In this document: in pieces, positions 55,181 to 64,000 of the stretch
How the letters are laid out: every line of letters begins with the position of its first letter
Numbering within the stretch: position 1 is the first letter of the stretch
NCBI GenBank assembly: GCA_031291905.1
Contig: JARLIC010000137.1
Coordinates: forward strand, 51,762 to 115,761
Length of the DNA stretch: 64,000 bases
Direction: 5' to 3'
Source: Minisyncoccota bacterium
GTDB taxonomy: Bacteria > Patescibacteriota > Minisyncoccia > UBA6257 > 2-01-FULL-56-20
The notes under the pieces: model-generated
The model's database searches: none
The model's input: the letters and a program-made list of their open reading frames with translations, nothing else
Told to the model about the DNA's origin: nothing
Position numbers and translations under genes: made by a program

Positions 55181-55475
55181 CGCGAAAGAGATTATCGCCA
55201 AGCTGGAATTTATCGATGGTATTCATAGTCTGTATCAGGACGATCGAAAGACGATCGACGAGGCTATTGAGTTCATTGAGCGGCTAACGAAGCCGATGAC
55301 GCTGAAAGAGTGCCGCGACATCTTGAACGCGAACGAGTACAGCTTCGATCTCTGGGACGCACCTTGGGAAGTAGAGGGCGACGTGCTCTACAACGGGCTG
55401 GACGCACTGACATTGTTTGAGGCAAACGCACTGTCGCGTGCCTACATGGTCCAGAAGGAGGCTGGACGTGGCTGA
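55173..55475 (+). CDS. hypothetical protein (TTG start)
   Basis: AGGAG lies 7 nt upstream of TTG. Confidence 0.35.
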   Translation: MSDAKEIIAKLEFIDGIHSLYQDDRKTIDEAIEFIERLTKPMTLKECRDILNANEYSFDLWDAPWEVEGDVLYNGLDALTLFEANALSRAYMVQKEAGRG

Positions 55476-55842
55476 AACGAGCGAACTGCTAAAAGAGATC
55501 CGGCACGTCCTGGATAGCGAGAATACCGAGATAATAGATCTCTACGACGCCCTTGAGAAGGCGGCCGAGTTCATCGAGGGATGCGGCAAGCCAACCGAGA
55601 AGATCAAGGCGAAGTCGAATACGACGAAAGGGCTTCTCGAAGCCTGCCTGTGCGGCAAGTCTCCCGTCGTGCTCGACAACACGGCGAACGGCAAGTGGTC
55701 GATCGGATGCTATCAGGCGTTCTTCGGGCTGATGCCGGGCGAAACTGAATGCAAGGACAGGCCGGCGGTCGTTGAAGCGGAGTCGCGAGGGCATGCGGTC
55801 GAGACCTGGAATGAGCTGATCGTGCGGCGCAGGAATGCGTGA
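55468..55842 (+). CDS. Lar-like zinc-ribbon protein (weak)
   Basis: CLCGKS....C......ECKD......HAVETWNELIVRR. GTG start after AAGGAGG. Confidence 0.35.
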   Translation: MAETSELLKEIRHVLDSENTEIIDLYDALEKAAEFIEGCGKPTEKIKAKSNTTKGLLEACLCGKSPVVLDNTANGKWSIGCYQAFFGLMPGETECKDRPAVVEAESRGHAVETWNELIVRRRNA

Positions 55843-55896
55843 CGCCGCGAAGTCCGCCTTGCAATTCCATATTAGTAGACGAGAACAGGAGAGAAC

Positions 55897-56640
55897 ATGG
55901 GGATTCCGAGGGCGATCCTGTGTACGCCAAGATTTTCCGACGAGGTCAACGCTTTGTCGTTCATGTCCTCCCAGAATGCGACAAGAAATGAACTTCATCC
56001 ACCCGAAGATCATATCGAGATCGTGTACAACGTCGGCGCGAAAGGGTCGCTTTTGACCCTCTGCTTCAACCAGCTCCTCGTCGAAGCCCTGAATAAACGA
56101 GACGAAGGCGAAGTCGATTATATAGTCATGGCTCACGCGGACATAGCGGCCAGCCCAGGATGGCTCAACGTCTTATTCTCTCGCCTCCGCCAACGCGGAG
56201 ACGTGGTCGTGTCGGCGGTCGTGCCGATCAAGGAGCCGCAGAAATCCAAGACGAGCTGTGCCGTCGGCTCGCGCAGAGACCACTACGATATCCGCCGCTA
56301 TATCACGACAGAAGATCGCCTGTCGACGCCCGAGACGTTCGCCACCAAAGATGTCGCAAGGGACGACGACGAGGTTTTGCTGATAAATACAGGCATGTGG
56401 ATCGGAGATCTTTCATGGCCAGGATGGGACGCCTTCGCGTTCGACTTCGAGAACAAGATCATGGTGAACCCGGCCAGCGGGAAGCGCCAGGCGTTTTGTC
56501 TTCCTGAGGACTGGGCCATGTCTTTTGCCCTAGATGAGGCCACCGCTCCGTACAGTGCGTCGTGGGCCGTGCAAACCTACCATTTTGGCCCGAGCGTCTG
56601 GGATAGCCACGAGATTCCGGCTGCCGTGGGGGCGCAATGA
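55897..56640 (+). CDS. hypothetical protein, possible GT-A-like DxD (DYIVMAHAD)
   Basis: ORF. Confidence 0.35.
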   Translation: MGIPRAILCTPRFSDEVNALSFMSSQNATRNELHPPEDHIEIVYNVGAKGSLLTLCFNQLLVEALNKRDEGEVDYIVMAHADIAASPGWLNVLFSRLRQRGDVVVSAVVPIKEPQKSKTSCAVGSRRDHYDIRRYITTEDRLSTPETFATKDVARDDDEVLLINTGMWIGDLSWPGWDAFAFDFENKIMVNPASGKRQAFCLPEDWAMSFALDEATAPYSASWAVQTYHFGPSVWDSHEIPAAVGAQ

Positions 56641-57516
56641 GCAAGACGAACTCGGATCGCGACCGGCTCAACTTCATCGGCCAATCCTATGCCACCGTCA
56701 ACCATAACGGCCATGCGTGGGAAGTCAGGTTCATGAACGGCCAATGTGCCGTTCACAAGCAGCTACGCAAAGCCGTGGACGAGGCTATGCGATTCACCAA
56801 AGCGATAACCCGGGACGGAGATTGAATCCATGTCCACCACCGCATTTTTGATCTATGCTTCTTTCGTGGCCGGAGCCGCCTGTGCGGTCGCCTTCTCTTG
56901 GGTCGTCTCCAAGATCACCTTCCGTCCCAAAAAATAGACACCAACAGCAAGATATTTCGCTTGCTTTTTGGTCGGCGTCTTGCTAAAGTATAGAAAGGAG
57001 AAGATCAATCGTAACAGCAAGACGGAGGGACAGTTTGAGCGTTGTGAAAGAGGCTGTTTTCGTCACGGTTCTGATCGTGGCGTGGTACGCGGCGTGGCTG
57101 GCGATCGATTTCGTCAGACCCATGGATACGGCGGAAGCCAGGAAGTCGAATCCCGGGGCCGTAACGCCCGAGAACGCCCCGCTTCTTGGGCCTGGAATCG
57201 AGCGAACGATCGAAGCGTTGGGCGGATCAGTGGAGGAAGGGGTTGAGCCTTGAGTGAAGATTTCAAGTCGGTCATTGCGTTCGAAAAGGCTTGCGGCAAG
57301 GAATTGGACGCAGTGGAGGGAGAGTAAGATGGCAAAGATGCTGAGGATCGTGGTTCGGTCCTATATTTTCGACGAGGTCGACATCGCCGAAGACGAGTGG
57401 AATGCGATGAGCCGCAAAGACAGGGAAGACATGGCTCGCACGGTTTTGCGAGGCGCGGGCATCTGTGACATCGAGTTTAACGAAGAGTATCTGGACGAAG
57501 GGGAGGACGACTGAAC

Positions 57517-57963
57517 GTGGAATCAGCTTTCAGGCAAGTTTGCCGGTTTGAAGAGGCGTTCGGACATGAATTGTCCAGTAAGCCTCCGGCAGCACCAAGC
57601 AGGGATACGATCCGGCTTCGGCGGAAACTGATCCTTGAAGAAGCACGAGAGACGCTGGCTGCTCTCCGCGTCGTCCAGAAGGCCGTTGAGGCTGGAGACT
57701 CCGTGACTGGCGAGATGCTGGCCGAGGTGGCTGATGGATCGGCGGATTTGCAATTCGTCTGCAAGGGAACCGATGTCGCCTTTGGGGTCGACGGGCCTGC
57801 GGTCATGAACGAAGTGTGCCGAGCCAACCTCTCGAAATTCGGCCCTGGCCACTACTACGACGAGACGGGAAAGCTCAGAAAACCACCGGGATTCAAGCCT
57901 CCCGACATTCTCGGCGTGATCATGAATCAGAAGCCACTCGCTGAGTTGTACGGGAGCGAATGA
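57517..57963 (+). CDS. MazG/HisE-like nucleotide pyrophosphohydrolase
   Basis: FEEAFG......LRRKLILEEARE...A......E.ADGSADLQFVCKG..VAFGVDG...EVCRANLSKF. Confidence 0.5.
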   Translation: MESAFRQVCRFEEAFGHELSSKPPAAPSRDTIRLRRKLILEEARETLAALRVVQKAVEAGDSVTGEMLAEVADGSADLQFVCKGTDVAFGVDGPAVMNEVCRANLSKFGPGHYYDETGKLRKPPGFKPPDILGVIMNQKPLAELYGSE

Positions 57964-58098
57964 TGCATGAGTCCCGACGCCACAAGATCCTGGCCCGCAT
58001 CGAGAAGCGGAAGTGGCCTGAAGGCGACACTGCCTACATTCACCCTTTCTACTTTCCCGGCGTAAAGTCGAAGACAATAACGACGTGGGACGAGTTCT

Positions 58099-58530
58099 GT
58101 GTCGCGATGGGAATCGAATCGAAACTCAGGGAGCCAGAGATTGAGTATCCTGACCGGAATAAGTCCGTCCCAATGGGAGCGAGACCATATCATCGCCGTA
58201 AGGCAGGGCGTTAAGTACATCGCCGAGCACGATGCTGTGCCGGACACACCGATGTGGGACATGCTGGTTCATCGTCACGAGATCAATACCGCGAGGTTCG
58301 ACCACTACCATCACGTCGTCGGCAACGCTCTCGAAGAACTAGCCAGGCGACGCCTGACCGAATTCACCTGCCCGCCGCCCTACGACCACAAAGCCCCGTG
58401 CATCCCGTCGATCGAATGCCGGCCCGAAGTCCCGCTCCATCCCCAGGTCGTGCCTGAGCCGGGTTCGGTGATCAGCCTTGTTATCGGGCTCGTCCTATTG
58501 ATGGCTTTTGGCGTGAGGAGGATGCGATGA
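58099..58530 (+). CDS. hypothetical protein with C-terminal TM segment
   Basis: VISLVIGLVLLMAFGV. Start uncertain. Confidence 0.3.
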   Translation: MSRWESNRNSGSQRLSILTGISPSQWERDHIIAVRQGVKYIAEHDAVPDTPMWDMLVHRHEINTARFDHYHHVVGNALEELARRRLTEFTCPPPYDHKAPCIPSIECRPEVPLHPQVVPEPGSVISLVIGLVLLMAFGVRRMR

Positions 58531-58877
58531 GCACGTTCTACGCGAAATCCAGCAAGGTCGACGCGGTGCAGTGGTTCAAGGAAGGCGATCATCCCGACGT
58601 CTATATGCTCGGCGGCGACCCGTACTTCAAGACAGAAAACTCGGTCGTTCCTCAAGACGTGAATCCTGGGGATTGGATCGTCACGCCGCCGAACGGCAGG
58701 TCGATGCTTTGTTCGCACGAAGAGTTCAATGAGGCGTACGGCCAAGAAAGCGATTCCATCAAAGCCTTCGCCAACCACGTCCGCGACGTCAGCAGCGAGT
58801 TCTCGTCGGTCCACGGCAAGCGGTTGATCGTCGTCGATGAGAGCAAACTGAAAGCGTTCCTGCAAGCAACGGAGTAG
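58527..58877 (+). CDS. hypothetical protein
   Basis: ORF. Confidence 0.35.
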   Translation: MSTFYAKSSKVDAVQWFKEGDHPDVYMLGGDPYFKTENSVVPQDVNPGDWIVTPPNGRSMLCSHEEFNEAYGQESDSIKAFANHVRDVSSEFSSVHGKRLIVVDESKLKAFLQATE

Positions 58878-58881
58878 AGCG

Positions 58882-59496
58882 ATGGCCGCAAAGACCACCA
58901 GGATCAAGAGGCTGACCAAGAAGAAGAAGGATGAGGCTGCGAAGAACGTCCCGTTGGCCAAGCACATCGCGAAGAAAATGGGATGGCGAGATCTTCCGAT
59001 GGAGGATCAGATCCAAGAGGCGTCCGTCGGCCTGTGCAAAGCGGTGAACGGATTCGATCCATCCAGGGGAACGAAGCTGAGCACCATGATCGGCCGATGT
59101 GCGATGAACGAGATCTTGTCTGCGAGGCGGAAGTACGGTTTGATCCGGATACCAGACTACCTCCAAGAGAAAGCGAACGCCGAACACGGCCTCCAGAAGC
59201 ACGTCAAACAGGCCGGAAAGCGGCTCAGTATCGACGGGATATCGGAGGACTCGGAATTTCATCCAAGGTGCCCCGAAGACGACGACTCCGAGTTCGGCTG
59301 GAAGGCGATGCGGGCGGTTCGATGGGCCGTCCAGAAGCTTCCGCCGATCGAGCGGGACGTGATTCGCGGGCTGATGTTCCGCCAGGAAACAGCCCGCGAA
59401 CTGGGCAAGAAGCACGGCGTCCACGTCTCGGTGGTGCGTCACCTGAAAGACACAGCCTTGGCGAAGTTGCGAGCGAGTTTGGTTAAGCACGTGTAA
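58882..59496 (+). CDS. sigma-70 family sigma factor
   Basis: Region 2: PMEDQIQEASVGLCKAVNGFDPSRGTKLSTMIGRCAMNEI. Region 4: IERDVIRGLMFRQETARELG...VSVVRHLKDTALAKLR. Confidence 0.75.
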   Translation: MAAKTTRIKRLTKKKKDEAAKNVPLAKHIAKKMGWRDLPMEDQIQEASVGLCKAVNGFDPSRGTKLSTMIGRCAMNEILSARRKYGLIRIPDYLQEKANAEHGLQKHVKQAGKRLSIDGISEDSEFHPRCPEDDDSEFGWKAMRAVRWAVQKLPPIERDVIRGLMFRQETARELGKKHGVHVSVVRHLKDTALAKLRASLVKHV

Positions 59497-59511
59497 ATAA
59501 CTGGGGGCGAC

Positions 59512-60072
59512 ATGGCCAAAAAGAAGCCGACCGCGAAAGGATTGATTCCCTTTGACCTGCCATTGAATGAGGAACAAAAAGAACTGGCGGCGTCGTGCGA
59601 GAGGATGGTGGTGAACATAGCGAAGAAGTCGGCGAATCGGAACAACAACTTCGACGACCTGATCGACGCCGGGCAGATGGGCCTCATACGAGCCGCCCAG
59701 ACATACGACGAGGCGAAAGGTGCGTTTTCGACGCACGCGTATCGGTGGATTTTAGCGAAAGTGCTGAGAGCAAGACATGAGCTAAACAAGAACAACGCCA
59801 GAAAGGATTACGCATTCGACGTGCGGAATCTTCCGTCTCGCCCGGCCGAAGACACCTGGTTTGACCCAGATGTCGTATTGCAAGCCTTCGACTCCCTTCC
59901 CAGGCAACTTCAGGACGTTGTTCGACTCAGGGTCTGGGATGACGACGCCAAGAAGCTGGATAAGGTCGCCAGGCGGCTGGGCTGCGTAAAACAAACGGTC
60001 TTAACCCGCCAAGCCAAGGCGTTCGGAATCCTCCGCGACACGCTCTGGCGATACGCACGGGAGGCTTCATGA
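59512..60072 (+). CDS. sigma-70 family sigma factor (second, adjacent)
   Basis: Region 2: FDDLIDAGQMGLIRAAQTYDEAKGAFSTHAYRWI. Region 4: LQDVVRLRVWDDDAKKLDKVARRLGCVKQTVLTRQAKAFGILR. Confidence 0.75.
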   Translation: MAKKKPTAKGLIPFDLPLNEEQKELAASCERMVVNIAKKSANRNNNFDDLIDAGQMGLIRAAQTYDEAKGAFSTHAYRWILAKVLRARHELNKNNARKDYAFDVRNLPSRPAEDTWFDPDVVLQAFDSLPRQLQDVVRLRVWDDDAKKLDKVARRLGCVKQTVLTRQAKAFGILRDTLWRYAREAS

Positions 60073-60422
60073 CCAACTCGTGCCCCGGCTGCCGATCAAC
60101 CAAGGTCCAGCCCGTCTTGTCGCTACATGTCGGCTGGCGGGTCTTGTGCTCCGGGTGCTTGATGATGGGGCCGATCGGCGTGGATCAGACGGACGCGGAG
60201 AACAGGTGGAATAGGTTGCCACGAGTTTCCGATTTGGACGCCGAGATGAGGTATTTGTTCGATGTGATCAGTGCTGTCGCCAGGGGAGCCCATGACGACG
60301 AGCAGATGGAGTTCAGGACAAGTCTGAGCGGCTCTTGGATGACGGTAGGCGGCATCCGAAGGGCTGTTGCTCAGTGGAAGAATCTGCCTCGTGCGGAATA
60401 CGCTATTGAGGAGCTGCCATGA
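60069..60422 (+). CDS. Lar-family-like restriction alleviation protein
   Basis: SCPGCRS......(x12)...CSGC..MGP.....DAENRWNRLPR. Confidence 0.55.
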   Translation: MTNSCPGCRSTKVQPVLSLHVGWRVLCSGCLMMGPIGVDQTDAENRWNRLPRVSDLDAEMRYLFDVISAVARGAHDDEQMEFRTSLSGSWMTVGGIRRAVAQWKNLPRAEYAIEELP

Positions 60423-60703
60423 GTATGACCCTGCACCAGCTCGCCGACGAGCTTCTGGAGATCCGCCGCTACGTGCGGAGCCACCCAAAGCACGTCAAGG
60501 AGCGAATGGCTGTGATTAACGATCGCGACATTGTGAATGTCGGGCGGTATCACCCATTCCATAGAAAACTGAAACGAATGGCGACCAATGTCAACGCCGG
60601 TCTCGATCGCATCGTCGTCGACCCCGAGATCCTCGAAGGCTACCTCTACGGGGCCGCCGCCGAGATTCGTGAACTCGCTATAAAGCTGGAAACTACAGGA
60701 TGA
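60419..60703 (+). CDS. hypothetical protein
   Basis: ORF. Confidence 0.35.
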   Translation: MSMTLHQLADELLEIRRYVRSHPKHVKERMAVINDRDIVNVGRYHPFHRKLKRMATNVNAGLDRIVVDPEILEGYLYGAAAEIRELAIKLETTG

Positions 60704-60718
60704 TTCGGGGGCCTGGAG

Positions 60719-61018
60719 ATGGGCTGGAGAGAACGCAATCGGCCACCGGGCTTCAGGCATCTCAAGCGAGTCTGGTGCAAATACCTTGAGCGGCTTATCT
60801 GGCGGGAATCGGGCGCTTGGCGTGGCAACAACAGAAGCTATCGCGGCTGGGTCCGCCACATGAGAACAACGGCGGAAATTCGGGCCTACGACCCAGAGTT
60901 CTGCCGAGCGAAACGAAGCCCGCACCGACTGCCGGATGTTCGCGACGGCTACTGGCGGCGGAATCAGAGATGCTGGAAACGATTCCGGTCCTCGCAGTAC
61001 AAAATGAGGCCGATGTAA
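60719..61018 (+). CDS. basic Arg/Trp-rich small protein, paralog 1
   Basis: MGWRERNRP...DPEFCRAKRSP...WKRFR. Confidence 0.45.
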   Translation: MGWRERNRPPGFRHLKRVWCKYLERLIWRESGAWRGNNRSYRGWVRHMRTTAEIRAYDPEFCRAKRSPHRLPDVRDGYWRRNQRCWKRFRSSQYKMRPM

Positions 61019-61039
61019 CAATTAGGAGGTAGGCGATTC

Positions 61040-61246
61040 ATGGCAAAGGCAATGGATATCACGGGGCAGGTTTTTGGTAGGCTAACTGCCGTGAGCCGGC
61101 TTGTTGGCCCAAACATTTCCACCGTCAGCATGGACCACGCCGTCGAGGTCGCCCAGGCCGCACGGCTGAAATTCATTCGGGATAACGAAGGCAGGCTCAG
61201 CTACGATCCCGACTGGCACCTGAAGAATCGTTTCGCGGAGGAATAA
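61040..61246 (+). CDS. small protein with GQVFGRLTAV motif (resembles N-termini of phage HNH/AP2 endonucleases)
   Basis: 68-aa ORF. Confidence 0.35.
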   Translation: MAKAMDITGQVFGRLTAVSRLVGPNISTVSMDHAVEVAQAARLKFIRDNEGRLSYDPDWHLKNRFAEE

Positions 61247-61250
61247 TCCA

Positions 61251-61523
61251 ATGGGCTGGCGGGACAAGAATCAGCCCCAGAACGGCAGTCGTTGCTGGCA
61301 CGCCTACGGATGCCTCAACAAGTTCATGGGGCGAAAGTGGGCGAGCGGAAACTACTATCGCCATTTCCGCGTCATGCGAATCCTGAAGGCTTGCGATCCC
61401 GAGTTCAACAGGCCCGGCCGAAGCTATCGCCAGACGCCGCATCCTTGGGACGACGTCTACATAAAGTGCCAGAAGACGTGGAAGAAATTCCGCAGAACCA
61501 GATGGAAACCCAAACAAACATGA
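61251..61523 (+). CDS. basic Arg/Trp-rich small protein, paralog 2
   Basis: MGWRDKNQP...DPEFNRPGRSY...WKKFRR. Confidence 0.45.
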   Translation: MGWRDKNQPQNGSRCWHAYGCLNKFMGRKWASGNYYRHFRVMRILKACDPEFNRPGRSYRQTPHPWDDVYIKCQKTWKKFRRTRWKPKQT

Positions 61524-61774
61524 GCGAGAAACCAAAGTGTCCAGCGAAATGGACGCTACCTGAAATCATTTGGGCATTGCGTGATATTAAATATCTGGGA
61601 CACGACCAGTGGAAGATGGTCGCTGGCAAGAGCGGTCGAGCGAAGACGCATATCCAAGGTTCTCGCTACGACGCGCTTCTTGACATCGAGACAGCCAGGG
61701 CCGTCGTTGCGTGGGAGAAAGTCCGACGCGGAGACTGGCGGCTATCGGTAGCAGCAAACCCGGAGACATCATGA
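61520..61774 (+). CDS. hypothetical protein
   Basis: ATGA-coupled; start MSEKPKCPAKW. Confidence 0.4.
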   Translation: MSEKPKCPAKWTLPEIIWALRDIKYLGHDQWKMVAGKSGRAKTHIQGSRYDALLDIETARAVVAWEKVRRGDWRLSVAANPETS

Positions 61775-61965
61775 CCACCGGCATCACCAAGGCTGCCCTG
61801 GATCAACTGCCGCCCTTCGAGGCTTGGGTGATCAAACGCCGGCTTGTCGACAAAGAGAACTCGTGGAGGCGACTGGAATCTGAATGCGGTCTAGCCGTCT
61901 ACCGTTTAAAGCAGATCGAGCGTGAGGCTTTACTGAAGTTGTTTAATCCCGAGGGACAAGTATGA
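61771..61965 (+). CDS. small sigma-region-4-like HTH protein
   Basis: ECGLAVYRLKQIEREALLKL resembles a region 4.2 helix-turn-helix. Confidence 0.35.
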   Translation: MTTGITKAALDQLPPFEAWVIKRRLVDKENSWRRLESECGLAVYRLKQIEREALLKLFNPEGQV

Positions 61966-62909
61966 CCCGCCCCCCGATCCCGCTTCTTGCCCCGAACGTC
62001 ACTTGCGGCTTCCCGTATTTCGATCCCGACGTCTTCGAGACAGGCTTGGGCGTCCAGTATTTCAAGGAAGCCGGCGTCGCACTGATCTCGCGTCCTAACG
62101 TGAATATCGCGGCGGCTGCCGGGTTCCTGGACAGCTTTGACGACAGCCTTGGGTTTCGCGAGTACCTGTTCGACCCCGTGAATATCGACGACGGGGCGCA
62201 AGCGGCCAAGTACGCGGGACAGGGGTGCTATCAAAGCTATAGTGCGAAGAGGACCTGGAACAAGGACGCCGGAAGGTATCTCGACCACATCAAGGAGTTA
62301 GGTCACGGCTCCGTTCTTGAAGCGGCCAGTTATGGGTTCCAGTTCTGGGGAGTCGACCGAGCACTTACGCATGAGTTGGTCCGGCACCGGATGCTCAGTT
62401 TTTCACAGACATCGCAACGTTTCTGCGATGACAAAGCGTTGCGATTTGTTGAGAGGCCGGAGTATCAGCCCGAAAGATTGCCGGACGACGCGGGCGACGA
62501 ACTTAAGAGAGATGTCGCGTGGGCAGACACGAAGTTTCAGCAGATCATTAATAGTTTCGTGAGTCATTACGAATTATCCGCCGAGAATCTTGGCTCCGCT
62601 CGCGACCACGGCCATCCGCTGCTTCAAGGCGGCTCGGCGACCGAGAAGCGTAAGCATCTCAATCAGGTCGCGAGAGAATGCCTTCCCAATTGTTGCGAGG
62701 CCCCGATCGTCGTCACCGGCAACGCGAGGGCTTGGCGCGGATTCCTGGACCAGCGAGCCACGCCGCACGCCGACGTGCCGATCCGCGAGTTGGCCATCAA
62801 GGTTCTGAAAGCGTTATTGGTGACGAGTCCATTGTTGTTCGGCGACTATGAGATCGCGAAGCAGGATGATGGAACCGAGGCCGCTACGACCGCCTACCGC
62901 AAGGTCTGA
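61962..62909 (+). CDS. thyX: flavin-dependent thymidylate synthase
   Basis: ThyX signature RHRMLSFSQTSQR (RHRxxxxxxxSxR). Confidence 0.8.
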   Translation: MTRPPIPLLAPNVTCGFPYFDPDVFETGLGVQYFKEAGVALISRPNVNIAAAAGFLDSFDDSLGFREYLFDPVNIDDGAQAAKYAGQGCYQSYSAKRTWNKDAGRYLDHIKELGHGSVLEAASYGFQFWGVDRALTHELVRHRMLSFSQTSQRFCDDKALRFVERPEYQPERLPDDAGDELKRDVAWADTKFQQIINSFVSHYELSAENLGSARDHGHPLLQGGSATEKRKHLNQVARECLPNCCEAPIVVTGNARAWRGFLDQRATPHADVPIRELAIKVLKALLVTSPLLFGDYEIAKQDDGTEAATTAYRKV

Positions 62910-63066
62910 AAGCCATGCCAGAAACCGACCACGCCAGATACATCAGCCTTCTAACCAACCTGTACTCCGGTGCGACGTTGAGCGATAGTGAGCATATCGA
63001 GTTGACGAATTTGCATTTCGCGAATATAGCCAGGGTTGGAAAGATCACCACCGAGGGTGCGGCACC

Positions 63067-63363
63067 ATGAATATCCAAGATTGCAGTTTTCCGGTCAACG
63101 GAGACAGGTTTACTTTCGCACTCGTCAGCAAGGATGCTCACGATACCACTGTCGCCATCAAAGACGCCCGCATTAAGGAACTTGAAGCGTCTCTCTATGA
63201 AGCGCAGTTCGACCTAAAGTACGCCAAGTGGTCGACAGATAATGCGTACGCCGTCGTCGACAAGCTCGGAATTAGGATCGGCAAACTTCGGGTGCATCTC
63301 GCGGCCCGCGACGCCGAGATCGCTGAACTGAAGCTCAGAATCACCAGTGGAGACGCAGAATGA
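63067..63363 (+). CDS. hypothetical protein
   Basis: ORF. Confidence 0.35.
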   Translation: MNIQDCSFPVNGDRFTFALVSKDAHDTTVAIKDARIKELEASLYEAQFDLKYAKWSTDNAYAVVDKLGIRIGKLRVHLAARDAEIAELKLRITSGDAE

Positions 63364-64000
63364 TTCGCTACGGGAAGCGGTTGTCGAAGAAGACGATCTT
63401 CGATTACGTCCAGTGCCGTGACGAGAACAGTCATGCGGATTTCGTGTTCGCCGATCTAGTTCGGCAACTCGAAGAGAGAGAAGAAGAACTCGAAGCGAAA
63501 GACGCGGAACTGGCCGAGGCGGCCGAGCCGAAGGCTTGCGGTGCATACAGGATCGTCCACGAGGACGAGTACGCGGAGCTGAAGCGGCAGGCGAATATCG
63601 GCCGCGCCAAGGAAGAACTCTACTTTCGAGCGATGGACGCCAAGGACGCCGAGATCGATCGATATAAGGGCGCGACGGAACTCGCTGGCAAATTGATCGA
63701 CGACAGGAATTCGATCATCGAATCCAAGGACATGACGATCGCTGACCTTGAACGCGACATGGTCTGCCTTGAGCACGAACGTAAGGCTTCCCGACTGGCT
63801 TCCGGCAAGAACGGAGAAACGATCGGCAAACTTCGTGGGGAAGTTAAGACGAAGGACGCCGAGATCGCGTCCCTGAAGTCCGACCTCCAAGCCGTCGTTT
63901 TTGAGAGCGAATCGCAGGCGGCCGAGATCATCCGACAGCGAGACGAGGCCAGGGCCGAACTTCGCAAACTCCAGCGTCTCCAGAGCAGCGAGTCCACCTA
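63360..64000 (+). CDS. coiled-coil protein with repeated KDAEI(A/D) heptad-like units (3' partial)
   Basis: ATG at 63360 overlaps the previous stop. No stop before the window end. Confidence 0.4.
   Translation, partial: MIRYGKRLSKKTIFDYVQCRDENSHADFVFADLVRQLEEREEELEAKDAELAEAAEPKACGAYRIVHEDEYAELKRQANIGRAKEELYFRAMDAKDAEIDRYKGATELAGKLIDDRNSIIESKDMTIADLERDMVCLEHERKASRLASGKNGETIGKLRGEVKTKDAEIASLKSDLQAVVFESESQAAEIIRQRDEARAELRKLQRLQSSEST

Overview
This 64-kb, high-GC window looks like one contiguous stretch of a large tailed-phage or prophage genome. I found no integrase and no att junction, so I cannot say whether it is integrated.

Positions 1.7–48.8 kb form a long minus-strand late/replication block, transcribed right to left. 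In that order it encodes:
- hypotheticals, a DnaN sliding clamp, a C5-cytosine methyltransferase, a ParB-like nuclease, SSB, and a Lar-like anti-restriction protein;
- a lysis-like cassette with a papain-like (C1) peptidase;
- small and large terminase subunits, the large one interrupted by an intein with a LAGLIDADG homing endonuclease;
- a possible non-canonical tRNA-like gene;
- portal, MuF-like protein, an HslV-like Ntn hydrolase, and a prohead protease–scaffold fusion;
- two HK97-fold capsid paralogs;
- an accessory island (methyltransferase–glycosyltransferase fusion, GroES, three tandem Cys-rich mini-genes, a GT2 glycosyltransferase) inserted among the structural genes;
- a beta-helix fibre, a protein with 7–8 tandem repeats of ~37 aa, connector and tail proteins, a G/GT chaperone pair with a candidate -1 frameshift, a tape-measure protein and distal tail proteins;
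- an HNH endonuclease and a metallophosphoesterase.

Positions 48.8–49.6 kb are a lower-GC divergent control region with a 22-bp inverted repeat pair.

From 49.6 kb to the window end, plus-strand early/middle genes encode:
- an Rnl-type RNA ligase with a tRNA-binding-like N-domain;
- three tandem Tat-signal secreted paralogs;
- a DEDD exonuclease, a Gp37/Gp68-family protein, a MazG-like enzyme and ThyX;
- two adjacent sigma-70-family sigma factors;
- further Lar-like proteins and several small paralogous families.

All calls rest on motif recognition by eye. I ran no searches.
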